A DNA stretch of 42,947 nt from Promethearchaeota archaeon (GCA_048939015.1 JBHLPW010000046.1:1-42947), one strand, 5' to 3'. Numbered from the stretch's first letter, positions 29,814 to 40,414 are shown. Numbers and translations are program-made. The notes: generated by a model not told the origin, from the letters alone.

Positions 29814-29838
29814 CAATTTTGCTTTTTCAACCTTTTCC

Positions 29839-30267
29839 TTACTTTTCTTTAATTTCTTCTCTTGCTCCACAAGCAGTACATTTTAAAAATAACTTTTTAC
29901 TCTCCCTTTGAATTTGAGTATCTGGTTTATTACAAATCTTACACAATACGTATGTTTTTGTATAATTTTCAATCAATTTATTTAATACCTGGTCTTTATA
30001 CTGCCCCTTTAAAAATAATTGCTGTCCACGAATCTCTCCCATCGTCCCTGCTTTTTTCAGAAAAATTCCTGTGAAATGTTTTTTATCTCTATTGAGAGTA
30101 TTTATTATTTTGTTAAAATTTGTTATAAAAGTATTTCTGCTTTCTATACGAAGTTCAACTTTAGGTATTTCGAATCTTGATGATTTCTTTACATTTTCTG
30201 GTATTTTTTCATATGCCTTATCCAATAATTCATTGTAGTTGTTTAAATCCATAATTCTATTCCTCAT
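29839..30267 (-). CDS. eif2b: Translation initiation factor aIF2 beta subunit
   Basis: YNELLDKAY, RFEIP, ITNF, LNRD, YVLCKICNKPDT, LKCTACGA. Confidence 0.95.
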   Translation of the reverse strand: MRNRIMDLNNYNELLDKAYEKIPENVKKSSRFEIPKVELRIESRNTFITNFNKIINTLNRDKKHFTGIFLKKAGTMGEIRGQQLFLKGQYKDQVLNKLIENYTKTYVLCKICNKPDTQIQRESKKLFLKCTACGAREEIKEK

Positions 30268-30351
30268 TTAAATAACTTGTATAAAAGAAATCAACCATAA
30301 GAAAAATAATTTTCCATTATTATTTAGAAAAATTACACAAACAGAGTTAAA

Positions 30352-31098
30352 CTAAAATGCTTCAAAATTATCATTATCAGATTCATATATCCGCGACTCT
30401 AAAATCAAGTCATTGAGATAACTCCTTAAATCAGTTTCAGGAATTCCAACATCCTGAAGCAACGTTTCAAAACTGATTCCATTTCCTCTTTTAGAATACT
30501 CTTCAATTAATAAATATATTTTTTCTTTTAACTTATCATCCATACTAGAATCGGTTTCACTTTCAAATAGATTTTCGACATCAATTTCATCTGATAAATC
30601 ATAAGAATTATCACTTACATTAGATAATTCTGGTATCTCTTGAACTTCCCCATGTTTTAGTCTATCAATCATTTCTGCGTTTCTTAGTAAAATGAGATTA
30701 GGTTCTTTTACTTTTTTTATGATTTCAATCCATAAAGATATAAAATCTTTAAATTTGCTTACACGACCCGTGACTTCAACAATATCTCCCTTTTTAAAGT
30801 GTTTATACTTATCAGGATCTACATTCCTAATAATGGCTCTGATCAACCCTGTACTATCATCTAAATCAAAATCAAGTCTAATGTTCGATTCAATATTTTC
30901 TTCAATCCCCATATCTACTTCATTTTGTTCGATTAAATTCTCTCGTTTATTAATAACTGTGGCAATTATCCTGACACGTTTAACTTTCCCAAAAATTGTA
31001 TGAAATAATTTCTCAGATTCATTATATTGCCCCTCAAAAAGATGTTTAATCCAACATTGAATAGCAGGATTTCTCCTGAATCTTATTGTTTCATTCAT
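30352..31098 (-). CDS. RPA32-like subunit (OB fold plus C-terminal winged helix)
   Basis: RVRIIATV, LDDSTGLIRA, VEVTGRV, acidic linker, GISFETL...LNDLILESRIYE. Confidence 0.8.
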   Translation of the reverse strand: MNETIRFRRNPAIQCWIKHLFEGQYNESEKLFHTIFGKVKRVRIIATVINKRENLIEQNEVDMGIEENIESNIRLDFDLDDSTGLIRAIIRNVDPDKYKHFKKGDIVEVTGRVSKFKDFISLWIEIIKKVKEPNLILLRNAEMIDRLKHGEVQEIPELSNVSDNSYDLSDEIDVENLFESETDSSMDDKLKEKIYLLIEEYSKRGNGISFETLLQDVGIPETDLRSYLNDLILESRIYESDNDNFEAF

Positions 31099-31247
31099 TT
31101 CAAACCTATCTCTGTTTTCATTAATTTAAAAGTACACATTTTCGAATATAGAAGTAATTATTAAACTAAGAATATTAAGATGTATTTTTTTTTAAAAAAT
31201 AATTATAGAAATTTATTACCTATAACCATATTGATATAAATAGAAAA

Positions 31248-31393
31248 TGGTAGCGGGGGTTCGATTTTCAGTTTGTTGGAAACCAACCATTTTTCAACCT
31301 TTGAACGAACGATCTCAGGGTTTCTCGATGAGATGGTAATAATCTCTATTACTTATGAGCCCTGCGGCATAAACCAGGCTAGCCCACCCCGCT
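31248..31393 (-). tRNA. Initiator tRNA-Met(CAU) with two introns (31322-31353 at 37/38; 31265-31299 at 59/60), CCA encoded
   Basis: A1:U72 pair, GGG/CCC anticodon stem, CAT anticodon; T-loop BHB helix TTCA/TGAA with bulges AAG and AAT. Confidence 0.9.
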
Positions 31394-31591
31394 ATAAAAG
31401 CTTCTATGAGTTTGATTCCTATGCGATTTATAATGAATATATATATATCAATTTAAACTTATAATTTAATCTTTTTCTATTTTATTAGAGTGTAATTATA
31501 TCCCTAATGTCAAAAAGTCGTGTTTTTAACCAATAACTTTAACTTTAAATATAAATTAGATAATAAAAAGAAAGAACTTTGATGGAATTTT

Positions 31592-33406
31592 ATGTCTTTT
31601 GTTGATGTATTTTTAGAATTTATTTTAAATCCATGGTTCATATTATCCTTGATATTTTGGGTTGTAGTTTTGCTACTAATTCTTTTATTAAGAAACAAAA
31701 AGGAAGCATATTATCTCTTTTTCCCTTTATTAGTAATGTTTAAAACAAAAAAATTAAATAATTTCATTAAGAGAGTAGGAAAAAGAGCTCCTAAATTTTG
31801 GAAAACTTTTTGGACAATAGGAATATTTGTATCTTTTAGTTTTACAATTTTTGCCTTTTATTTCTTTTTTTCAAACTTTGTCAATTTAATCGTTAATCCT
31901 AGAATAGAACAAGCCATCGTTCCTCTTATTCCGGGAGTAACTATAGATTTACCTTTATTATTTTATTTAATACTTCCATTATTGTTTATCTTGACTACAC
32001 ATGAATTCGCTCATGGATTTTCTGCTAGTGCAGATGGAGTAGATATAAAGTCAACTGGCGTTCTCGGAGCAGGACTTTTTTATCTTATAGGATTTGGGGC
32101 ATTTGTCGAAGTTGATGAGAGGAAATTAAGTTCTAGAAAATTTCATAGAAACACAAGACTTCGAATTGCTGCTGCGGGAACATTTATAAATGGAATGACG
32201 GCGGGTGTTGCATACATCTTATTATTATGTTTTCCGCTTATAATAGCTCCTTATTATAGTCAAGTAGCAAGAGTAAGTAGTGTTGTTACTGAAGCAGAGG
32301 GGGGTTTTAATTTTGGAAATTTGGATAATGGTGATGTTATTCTAGCAATGAAAAAGCTAGGTACTGCAGATAATGAGTATGTATATCTTGACAATTATGC
32401 TGGTAGAACTCTTAATAATATTTTAAACAATGGAACTAGCCTAGAATGTGCAATAGGTGATAATTTAACATTAAGAGTTTATAATCCTACATCAGATACC
32501 TATTTAGAGAAAAATATAACTTTAGGACCTCGATATAATATAGGAATTCTTTATGAATATATTTCCGATACTGTAATACGTATAACTAGAATCTATTCTG
32601 AAAGTGAAGGAGGAAACAATTATGATAAAGGTTTGAGTGTTGGATTAAATATCACCAAGATAAACAATGTCTCAATAAATAGAATTAGCGGGGATACATT
32701 GGAGAAAGCATTAACCGAATTTGGACTCCATACTATTAATTTAAGTTCTGTGTCCGATACTTATCCTTTAGATGTAGAGACAACGGGTGTCAAAATTGGC
32801 ATATATAGTTATTCATATTTTATGCATAAAAATGATTTTGCCAAATTCTTTACACCTTTTTGGCCTGAATTTTGGTTGAGAGAGATAGCATGGCTTTTTA
32901 TGATTGCTTTTAGTGTTACACTGTTTAATATGCTTCCTTTACCTATATTTGATGGGGATAGGATAATGAAGGAATTAATTGGTTGGGGTTTTGGAGAAGA
33001 ATTCAAAACTATAAAGAAAAAAACGGAGAAAGTTCTATTTAAAAAAGATGAGAAAGATCTAGAATTATCAGAATATCGGGTAGAAAACGTAGAGTCTGTG
33101 AAAGTTAAAATAGGGCAAAAATTTAGTGCTACACCGGAGAGCGAAATTATTCTAGCGGAAGATAAATACTCATTAATTGATAAAACTGGTGATGGATTTA
33201 AAGATACAGTGTCTTTAGACCTTCCTGAATATACAAATTTAGAAGATGGTTCCCTTTTTGAGATTACTTATGATTACTGGTTTGACGAAAAACGAAAAAT
33301 TAAACGTATATTTATTAATATTATACGCTTCATCACATTGTTTATTCTCGCGGGCAATTTGGTTCTATCATTTGTAAAATTTGGTTCACTTATTTTTTGG
33401 TTTTAA
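31592..33406 (+). CDS. Site-2 protease (M50) with PDZ-like inserts
   Basis: HEFAH, GAFVE, IAAAG, FNMLPLPIFDG, several TM helices. Confidence 0.92.
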   Translation: MSFVDVFLEFILNPWFILSLIFWVVVLLLILLLRNKKEAYYLFFPLLVMFKTKKLNNFIKRVGKRAPKFWKTFWTIGIFVSFSFTIFAFYFFFSNFVNLIVNPRIEQAIVPLIPGVTIDLPLLFYLILPLLFILTTHEFAHGFSASADGVDIKSTGVLGAGLFYLIGFGAFVEVDERKLSSRKFHRNTRLRIAAAGTFINGMTAGVAYILLLCFPLIIAPYYSQVARVSSVVTEAEGGFNFGNLDNGDVILAMKKLGTADNEYVYLDNYAGRTLNNILNNGTSLECAIGDNLTLRVYNPTSDTYLEKNITLGPRYNIGILYEYISDTVIRITRIYSESEGGNNYDKGLSVGLNITKINNVSINRISGDTLEKALTEFGLHTINLSSVSDTYPLDVETTGVKIGIYSYSYFMHKNDFAKFFTPFWPEFWLREIAWLFMIAFSVTLFNMLPLPIFDGDRIMKELIGWGFGEEFKTIKKKTEKVLFKKDEKDLELSEYRVENVESVKVKIGQKFSATPESEIILAEDKYSLIDKTGDGFKDTVSLDLPEYTNLEDGSLFEITYDYWFDEKRKIKRIFINIIRFITLFILAGNLVLSFVKFGSLIFWF

Positions 33407-33436
33407 TTTTTATCAATTTTTTTTTAATTGACTTTC

Positions 33437-34414
33437 ATGAGTAATTATAATATTTTTTTGAAAAAAGGAGAATGTTCGCACTGCCATAATACCACTATAA
33501 TCCAAAGAAAGTATTCGGGTGAAAATCTCTGTCCAGAATGTTTTCAGAAAAATATTGAGAAGATAATCTATAAAACAATTTCAAAATATAAGATGCTAAA
33601 ACCTGATGATAGAATTATTGTAGGGTTATCAGGAGGAAAGGATTCAATAGCACTTTTGTATAATTTGAATAAGATTCAGAATAGAGCTTACCAATCTAAA
33701 TCAATTATAGCTTTAACTATAGATGAAGGTATAAAAAAATACAGAGAAAATAGTATCAAGAATGCAAAGCAATTTTGCGAGAAATATGACATTGAGCATA
33801 AAATTATTTCTTTTAAGGAAAAAATTGGATTTACTTTAGACGAAATTATTAAGATAAAAAAAGAATCTCCAGATTACAAATATGCCTGTAATTATTGTGC
33901 TACCGTAAGAAGAAGATTATTAAATGATGGTGCTAAAGAACTAGGAGGTACAGTTTTGGCCATGGGACACAATCTTACTGATTTCGGAGAAACTTACCTT
34001 ATGAATATACTTTATAAACGTTTAGATATCATTGCTAATCAATATATATTTAAGAAAGAAAATGACAAAATAGATTACTTTTTTATTAAGAAAATATCAC
34101 CATTGATGAGAATCCCTGAAGAAGAAATTTTTCTATATTCTAACCTCAAAAAGTTTAATTATTACCCTTCTCATTGCCCTTATAGGGAAATGGACCCAAT
34201 CATAAGAAAAAGAGTCTTGGAGTTTATTCAAATTTGTAAAAAATATAGCCCAGAAATAGAATTTAATCTCTTAAACGGATATTTAGAATTATCAGAAACT
34301 CTTTATAATTCTAGAGAAGTTAAGGGCTATAATTCATGTCGAATATGTGGTTATCCTTGTGGGAGTACGCAAATCTGTATTTATTGTAGTTTATTAAAGG
34401 AATTATCTTATTAA
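33437..34414 (+). CDS. tRNA 2-thiolation protein (Ncs6/CTU1/TtuA family)
   Basis: CSHC..CPEC, SGGKDS PP-loop, CNYC, GHNLTD, CPY, C-terminal CRICG..CIYC. Confidence 0.9.
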   Translation: MSNYNIFLKKGECSHCHNTTIIQRKYSGENLCPECFQKNIEKIIYKTISKYKMLKPDDRIIVGLSGGKDSIALLYNLNKIQNRAYQSKSIIALTIDEGIKKYRENSIKNAKQFCEKYDIEHKIISFKEKIGFTLDEIIKIKKESPDYKYACNYCATVRRRLLNDGAKELGGTVLAMGHNLTDFGETYLMNILYKRLDIIANQYIFKKENDKIDYFFIKKISPLMRIPEEEIFLYSNLKKFNYYPSHCPYREMDPIIRKRVLEFIQICKKYSPEIEFNLLNGYLELSETLYNSREVKGYNSCRICGYPCGSTQICIYCSLLKELSY

Positions 34415-34416
34415 AG

Positions 34417-35436
34417 TTATTTAATTAAATATTCTCCCATTTCTTTTAGTTTTTTATACTCTCTTACTTCTTCCTTAAATAATGGAACTTCAATTAAAAT
34501 TTTATTCAATTTATCCCTAAATACTTCCCTTATCTTCTCAAGGTTTCTTTGTTGCATTTCTCGTCTATTCTTACAAAAATCACATAATTCATTAGGATCT
34601 TGATATAACTGATTAATTATAATATTTGAAACTGGAATTTCATATTTTACCAACTCATTTAGCAACCTCCCAGTTTCTAGTATTGCCATTTCTTCGGGAA
34701 TCATTACAATAACAAAAGAATTTTTTATTGGATTAGTAAGGTCATCTTTAGCATTTATTATTGATTGATTAAGCCTTTCCAACATATCTAAAGAATTATC
34801 TTTTTTCTTCTCTTCACGAGTAAACAATTTTTTAAATGCTCCAAGCATATTTCCTAATTTTACTCGCATTTTAATGAGTTTTCCAATCCATCCCGATAAC
34901 GTTTCGGGAAGACTTAAAAACCTTAAAGTGTGTCCCGTTGGAGCAGTATCAAAAATAACTAGATCAAAATCGTGCTCAGTCTCAATAAATTCTAGAATTT
35001 TTCCAAAGGCTAAAGTTTCATCAATTCCAGGGGGATTCATCGAAGATAAATCTTCTAAATCACCTAATAACGACATACCTCCCATCATATCTTCCAAACC
35101 CATTTCTTCTAAGGGATTCATATTTGTTAATCCTTGAAATTCTGCCATATTCGCTTTAGGATTAATTTCTAAAGCAGTTAAGTTCTCTATACCTTCAATG
35201 GGTGTAGTAATACCTGGTGATAATTCAACTCCAAGACTATCACCTAAAGAGTGAGCAGGATCTGTACTTATTATCAAAGTATTTCTTCCATGTTCTGCAG
35301 CCCATATAGCTGAACTCGCTGCACAACTTGTTTTTCCAACTCCTCCCTTCCCTCCAAACATTACTATTTTTAAGTTTAGTAATATATCCTTTAATTCCAT
35401 TTCAAATTCTGGACTCTTTTCAATTTTTATGATCAC
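34417..35436 (-). CDS. ArsA/GET3 (TRC40)-family ATPase
   Basis: GGKGGVGKTS, STDPAHSL, PGIDE, DTAPTGHTLRFL, CDFC. Confidence 0.92.
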   Translation of the reverse strand: MIIKIEKSPEFEMELKDILLNLKIVMFGGKGGVGKTSCAASSAIWAAEHGRNTLIISTDPAHSLGDSLGVELSPGITTPIEGIENLTALEINPKANMAEFQGLTNMNPLEEMGLEDMMGGMSLLGDLEDLSSMNPPGIDETLAFGKILEFIETEHDFDLVIFDTAPTGHTLRFLSLPETLSGWIGKLIKMRVKLGNMLGAFKKLFTREEKKKDNSLDMLERLNQSIINAKDDLTNPIKNSFVIVMIPEEMAILETGRLLNELVKYEIPVSNIIINQLYQDPNELCDFCKNRREMQQRNLEKIREVFRDKLNKILIEVPLFKEEVREYKKLKEMGEYLIK

Positions 35437-35453
35437 TTTAATTATCTTTCCTA

Positions 35454-36728
35454 TTAATAATCAAGCTTGTATCGGAGGATTGCAGCTATTCCTCCAAATG
35501 TGTTATATAACATTTCTCCTTCTTCAGTTTCAGTAGATAATATATCAACATTAGTACCTGTTGATTCCGCGATTTCCCCAAGTTCTTCTATTATTGAGAC
35601 ACTCTCTATAATATTAAATGAATTTGAGTTGCATTTTGGACAAGCCTCATTTTGAATATCAGACTTAATCAAATCATAGTTTTTCTCTTTTATAGTCCGA
35701 GACTCATTATATTCACAGTTTGAACATTCTATTTTTAGTTTATATATATCTAATTTTTCTGAAAGAATAAGATTATCAACTGCACCATAATTTAATGCTC
35801 TTTGAATATCTTCTAATCCATACGTTGCTAAACCCGAATCAGTGGAGATTTCTTTCATAAAACGTTGCATTATTTGTTTCTCCCTTATATATTTTACATT
35901 TTCTATCTGTTCTTTTATTTTATCTATTAGCGCTCGAATTCCTTCCACTCCACCATAACCTAGATCAACAACATCTATTATCTTCTCACGTAATCTGTAA
36001 TCTAAACTCTCGTCATTTACAAACTTCTCCTTGGATTGTCCTGGACCACCGATGAATATTCCTTGTAAATCTTCCATCGATAAGAATAGTTCATTCACGG
36101 TATCAGAGATTCTACGGTAAAACATTTTTTCTCCTTCTTCAATCAACCTTTCATACCGTCTTTGAGATTGTCCTCCTGCTCTATGTTTACCATGAATTCC
36201 TGACGTAAATTCTCTAACTATTTCAACTTTATTACCTTTAATATATCCCACAGCTGATTCTTTTCTCCCAATAACTAATAAACCATAAGTTTCTCTAGGT
36301 GTAAGCATTTCTTCTAATGGCCATAGTAGAAATTCACTGGCACAATGGTATCTAAAGGTGACAACTCTATCAGGAGGATGAACAATATACAATTCATTTT
36401 TCTCTGTTCCTGCTGTATTACCTTGAGGAATTGCTCCTGAAAACATAACCAAACCATTTTCAGGGACTTCTTTAATATTTTTTAGTTGCCCTAAAAGACT
36501 TGATATACTATCAAGTACGTTTTTTCGTGTTAGTTTTGATTTAATATTCTGGCTTTCGCTAATTTCATTTTTTAGATGATTTGTAACATCTGAAATTTTT
36601 CTATCATGAGGAATATATACGGATATTAATTCTGTATGAAAGCCCTTCTTACTCCTAAGATCTTCTAATAATTTCCTTGTTTTATAGATTCTTAAATCAC
36701 TAGACTTCTTTTTCGCTGCAGAACTCAT
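35454..36728 (-). CDS. prf1: Peptide chain release factor aRF1
   Basis: NIKS, YHC, GGQS, FGGIAAILRY. Confidence 0.97.
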   Translation of the reverse strand: MSSAAKKKSSDLRIYKTRKLLEDLRSKKGFHTELISVYIPHDRKISDVTNHLKNEISESQNIKSKLTRKNVLDSISSLLGQLKNIKEVPENGLVMFSGAIPQGNTAGTEKNELYIVHPPDRVVTFRYHCASEFLLWPLEEMLTPRETYGLLVIGRKESAVGYIKGNKVEIVREFTSGIHGKHRAGGQSQRRYERLIEEGEKMFYRRISDTVNELFLSMEDLQGIFIGGPGQSKEKFVNDESLDYRLREKIIDVVDLGYGGVEGIRALIDKIKEQIENVKYIREKQIMQRFMKEISTDSGLATYGLEDIQRALNYGAVDNLILSEKLDIYKLKIECSNCEYNESRTIKEKNYDLIKSDIQNEACPKCNSNSFNIIESVSIIEELGEIAESTGTNVDILSTETEEGEMLYNTFGGIAAILRYKLDY

Positions 36729-36823
36729 ATAAATCTACCACTTTCTATAAATTTTACAAAAAATTAATAGTTTTTCTTTATATGAATCTATATAAAGAAC
36801 AATATTAATGGATTTAGCATCTT

Positions 36824-37621
36824 ATGACTTCGAACAAAAATCAAGAAAATTCGGTCCCTAAATCTCACCCCCGCTATGAAAGTCTAAAATATCGTCATAA
36901 AATAATTGAAGGTATGAAAAATTTAGTTGTTACTGAGGCAGGGTTAATTGCCCATGGAAGAGGAGAATGTTTTGACTATATTTTAGGCGAAAAAACCACT
37001 AAAACTGCCAAAAAAGCTATTGAGGCAGCTGTAGCATTATTATTGTTAGCTGATAACCCAATCATTAGTGTAAATGGCAATGTGGCCGCATTAATTCCAA
37101 ATGAACTCGTGAATTTATCGCACATTTTAATGGCTCCCCTTGAAATTAATTTATTTTATCAGAAAAAAGGTAGAATAGAAGCTATAAAAAATGTATTGCA
37201 GAAAGCTGGAGCTACAGAAATATATGGAACTGACTCAAATAAAATGATTGAACTTGAAGGTCTTGAAAGTAATAGAAGGAAAGTAGAGTTAATAGCAGAT
37301 GCCGATGTAGTTATGATCCCTCTAGAAGATGGAGATAGAACTGAAGCTTTAAAAAAGTTAAATAAAAAAGTTATTGCTATAGATTTAAATCCCTTAAGTA
37401 GGACCGCATTATGGGCAGATATCACTATTGTTGATAATATCGTAAGAGTCATTCCGGAAATGATAAAAATTGCGAAAAAGTTCATGCAAATTGACAAAAA
37501 CCAATTGAAGGACATTGTTAATAACTTCGATAATAAAATTAATATTCGAAAAACTTTAGATCAAATTCTTGATTATATTGAACGACAGAAAAAAACTGCA
37601 TTTGATATCATAAAATTTTGA
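36824..37621 (+). CDS. Phosphopantothenate synthetase (archaeal PPS)
   Basis: SHPRYESL, GLIAHGRGECFDY, ISVNGN, PLEDGDR, IDLNPLSRT. Confidence 0.93.
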   Translation: MTSNKNQENSVPKSHPRYESLKYRHKIIEGMKNLVVTEAGLIAHGRGECFDYILGEKTTKTAKKAIEAAVALLLLADNPIISVNGNVAALIPNELVNLSHILMAPLEINLFYQKKGRIEAIKNVLQKAGATEIYGTDSNKMIELEGLESNRRKVELIADADVVMIPLEDGDRTEALKKLNKKVIAIDLNPLSRTALWADITIVDNIVRVIPEMIKIAKKFMQIDKNQLKDIVNNFDNKINIRKTLDQILDYIERQKKTAFDIIKF

Positions 37622-37727
37622 TACCCTTTGAGACTTCCCATTCATAAAAACTTTTAAGCTTTTAATATTATATTCCATATATTAACAAGGCTATTCTTTA
37701 TTTTAAATTTCATTAACTTCGATAACA

Positions 37728-38261
37728 ATGACTACAAATAAGGAAACCAAGACAGATATCTTCGATACTTCTAATATTGAGCCAGATTTCTTTATTAGAA
37801 GATGTGTTTTGGAAGACTTAGATGATGTTATTGATATCAATGAACAAGAATTACCAGAAGATTATCCATATTTCTTCTATAAAAGTATACTTGATAATTT
37901 TCCAGATTGTTTCTTAGTAGCCCAAAATAAACATGGAAAAATAGTAGCTTACATAATGTGGAGAGTCGAAAAAAGTCCCTCTATTAATAGCTTAAAATAT
38001 ATTAATAAGGGACATCTAGTTTCAATCGCTGTCTCTGAAGGCTATAGAAGAAAAGGAATCGGAAATGCATTATTATTACATAGCATGAAAGCTATAAAAA
38101 AATACAAAATTCAAGAATACGTTCTAGAAGTCCGAGTCTCGAACTATACAGCAATTAGATTATATGAAAAATTCAATTATAAAGTTGAAAGTATTAAAAA
38201 AAACTATTATCGAGACGGGGAAAATGCGTATTTTATGACTTTAAATGCGAAACTTTTCTAA
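37728..38261 (+). CDS. N-terminal acetyltransferase (Ard1/RimI-type GNAT)
   Basis: LPEDY, GHLVSIAV..YRRKGIG, LEVRVSN, YYRDGENAY. Confidence 0.92.
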   Translation: MTTNKETKTDIFDTSNIEPDFFIRRCVLEDLDDVIDINEQELPEDYPYFFYKSILDNFPDCFLVAQNKHGKIVAYIMWRVEKSPSINSLKYINKGHLVSIAVSEGYRRKGIGNALLLHSMKAIKKYKIQEYVLEVRVSNYTAIRLYEKFNYKVESIKKNYYRDGENAYFMTLNAKLF

Positions 38262-39265
38262 GCTTCTGATTTTTCCAAACTCTTTATTAAATAGGTTAAA
38301 AACTCATTATAAGGTACTTCAAATCCTAAATCTTGAGCATCTTTTAAGATTTTACCATTTAAGAAATCAATCTCGGTCGGATTATTATTTAAAATATCTT
38401 GTAGCATTGAATTCTTGTTGTTTGCCGTTTTCGTAAGCACATCATATGCTATTGATACATAATCCTTGCTGGGAAGTATAATTTTCTTTAACTCCGCAAC
38501 CTTTATTGCTTCATTAATTAATTTTCCAATGCAATATTCTAACCCTTTTACTTCTAATAACTCTCCATTAGTTAAGCGAGTCAAAGCAGCAATGGCATTA
38601 ATCCCAATGTTAACCAATGCTTTTTCCCAACTTTCCATAATCATATCATCTACTAAAATAGTCTCAAAACCTGCTGAATTTAATACATTTTTTAACAATT
38701 GTAAGTATGATTTAACACGCTCCAGTTCTTCTGCCTCTATATCGGTTTCCTTAAGATATGGAAATCCGATTTTGGTAATACCTTCCCCTGTATGATGAAC
38801 TTGGCCAGGTTTATCCAATAACGCACCATTCGTTGTCACGGCTCTAATTATTTTTGTTCTATCAGAATATTGGATAACTACGTCTTCGTTACCAATTCCA
38901 TTCTGTAAAATCACTATATATCTACTAATATTAACGATTTTTTGATATTGGATTAACGCGGCTTTCATATCATATGCCTTAATGGTAAGAAAAAGAAAAT
39001 CAAATTTAAAATCCAAATCTTTTTCTAATTTCTCCTCAATCTGCTTTTCATTTTCGAATGCCTTGATATTTTTGACTATTTTAACTTCTTGATTTCGGTA
39101 TAATTTTAATCCTTTCTTATTGATCATAGTAGCATGGTCCTTTCTGCAAAAGAAAATTACTTCCATTAAATAAATATCAGATTTTATATTTGCTATATAC
39201 CCCCCAAATAAACTTCCTATAGAACCCGCTCCAATAAAACCAATTCTTAAAAATTTTTTGCTCAA
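38258..39265 (-). CDS. panE: 2-dehydropantoate 2-reductase
   Basis: GAGSIG, LQNGIG, WEKALVN..IN, NSMLQD, TEIDFLNG. Confidence 0.92.
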   Translation of the reverse strand: MSKKFLRIGFIGAGSIGSLFGGYIANIKSDIYLMEVIFFCRKDHATMINKKGLKLYRNQEVKIVKNIKAFENEKQIEEKLEKDLDFKFDFLFLTIKAYDMKAALIQYQKIVNISRYIVILQNGIGNEDVVIQYSDRTKIIRAVTTNGALLDKPGQVHHTGEGITKIGFPYLKETDIEAEELERVKSYLQLLKNVLNSAGFETILVDDMIMESWEKALVNIGINAIAALTRLTNGELLEVKGLEYCIGKLINEAIKVAELKKIILPSKDYVSIAYDVLTKTANNKNSMLQDILNNNPTEIDFLNGKILKDAQDLGFEVPYNEFLTYLIKSLEKSEA

Positions 39266-39287
39266 AAGTAAATATTTCCTATAATAT

Positions 39288-40160
39288 TTATTTTAAAAAT
39301 TTTCCTAAATCCGTCTGCCCTTTTGAATACTCTCCTGTCTTCTTTTTGATCTCCAAAACACTTACATCTTCTGGTGATTTCTTTGGCTTTATCCCTAATT
39401 CTTTCATTAACATGAGAGAATTTTTAGCAGCATATCCTGAAAAATGATTGTTAAAATAAATTCCAATTTTATCCACTTTCGAAATTGCTTCTTTAATTGG
39501 ATACGCCCATTTTTTTATCTCCTCTTCATTAAAACAATAATCGAACCAAATTTTCTTACCAAAACCATGAAATCTCACATAGGCAAATGAAGGATTCGTA
39601 ATATCCATCCTCGGTGGTAATAGTGGTTCAATAACCGCACAATATGTCAATGACTTATGTTCTAAAAAATTAAAAACCTCATCAACCATCCATGATTTAT
39701 CTCTAAACTCAACAACTAAAAAGTAATCATCACTTTCATTATTTCTAGGCCAATGTTCAATAAATTCCTTTAAATTACCAAAGTGTTCTTCTCTTTTGAA
39801 AAAAGGCGGTAGCTGAATCAGAAATGCTAGTAGTTTTTTCGAATTAATCAAGGGATCCATTGCTTTCAAAAAATAATCTAAATCGTCTAGACAATATTTT
39901 GTGTCTAACTTATGCTCATGAGTAATTGTTTGGGGAAGCTTTACCGAAAATAAAAAATTACTTGGTGTTTTATTAACCCAGCTTTCCACAACCCACTGGG
40001 ATGGAATATTATAAAACGTCATATTTATCTCATTTGTATAAAAAATCTCTGAATAATACAACAAGTAATCCTCTTTCCGTAAATTGCTTGGATAAAAAGG
40101 ACCAACCCATTCATCATAACCCCACCCCGATGTACCCACTAATATTTTTTTATCTGTCAT
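39288..40160 (-). CDS. DUF72 family protein
   Basis: GTSGWGY..W.GPFYP, EINMTFY, QLPP, VEFR, YVRFHG, YFNN. Confidence 0.92.
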   Translation of the reverse strand: MTDKKILVGTSGWGYDEWVGPFYPSNLRKEDYLLYYSEIFYTNEINMTFYNIPSQWVVESWVNKTPSNFLFSVKLPQTITHEHKLDTKYCLDDLDYFLKAMDPLINSKKLLAFLIQLPPFFKREEHFGNLKEFIEHWPRNNESDDYFLVVEFRDKSWMVDEVFNFLEHKSLTYCAVIEPLLPPRMDITNPSFAYVRFHGFGKKIWFDYCFNEEEIKKWAYPIKEAISKVDKIGIYFNNHFSGYAAKNSLMLMKELGIKPKKSPEDVSVLEIKKKTGEYSKGQTDLGKFLK

Positions 40161-40414
40161 TGACGACTTTCTATATTATACTTTCTGCTGTCCCTTCGAA
40201 TTCTCACAGGTCTATTATTAATAATTTAAGGTATTCGTAATTAAACTATAAAAGTTACTATATTTTCTAATTTGTACTTCCATTTCCCATACCTTTTTTT
40301 TTAAAATCACTACTTATTAACCATTTAACTAATATTCTCTAAACCCTCCGTTTTGCCTTTTAAAGTTTATCAAACTTGACCATAAAATTTTTAATCAAGG
40401 ATTTATTCTAATAT

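Noticed and set aside
29814-29870. N-terminal extension of DUF424
   Set aside because: It overlaps aIF2beta; family similarity begins at MKVYLK
31273-31464. 63-aa ORF
   Set aside because: Antisense to the initiator tRNA
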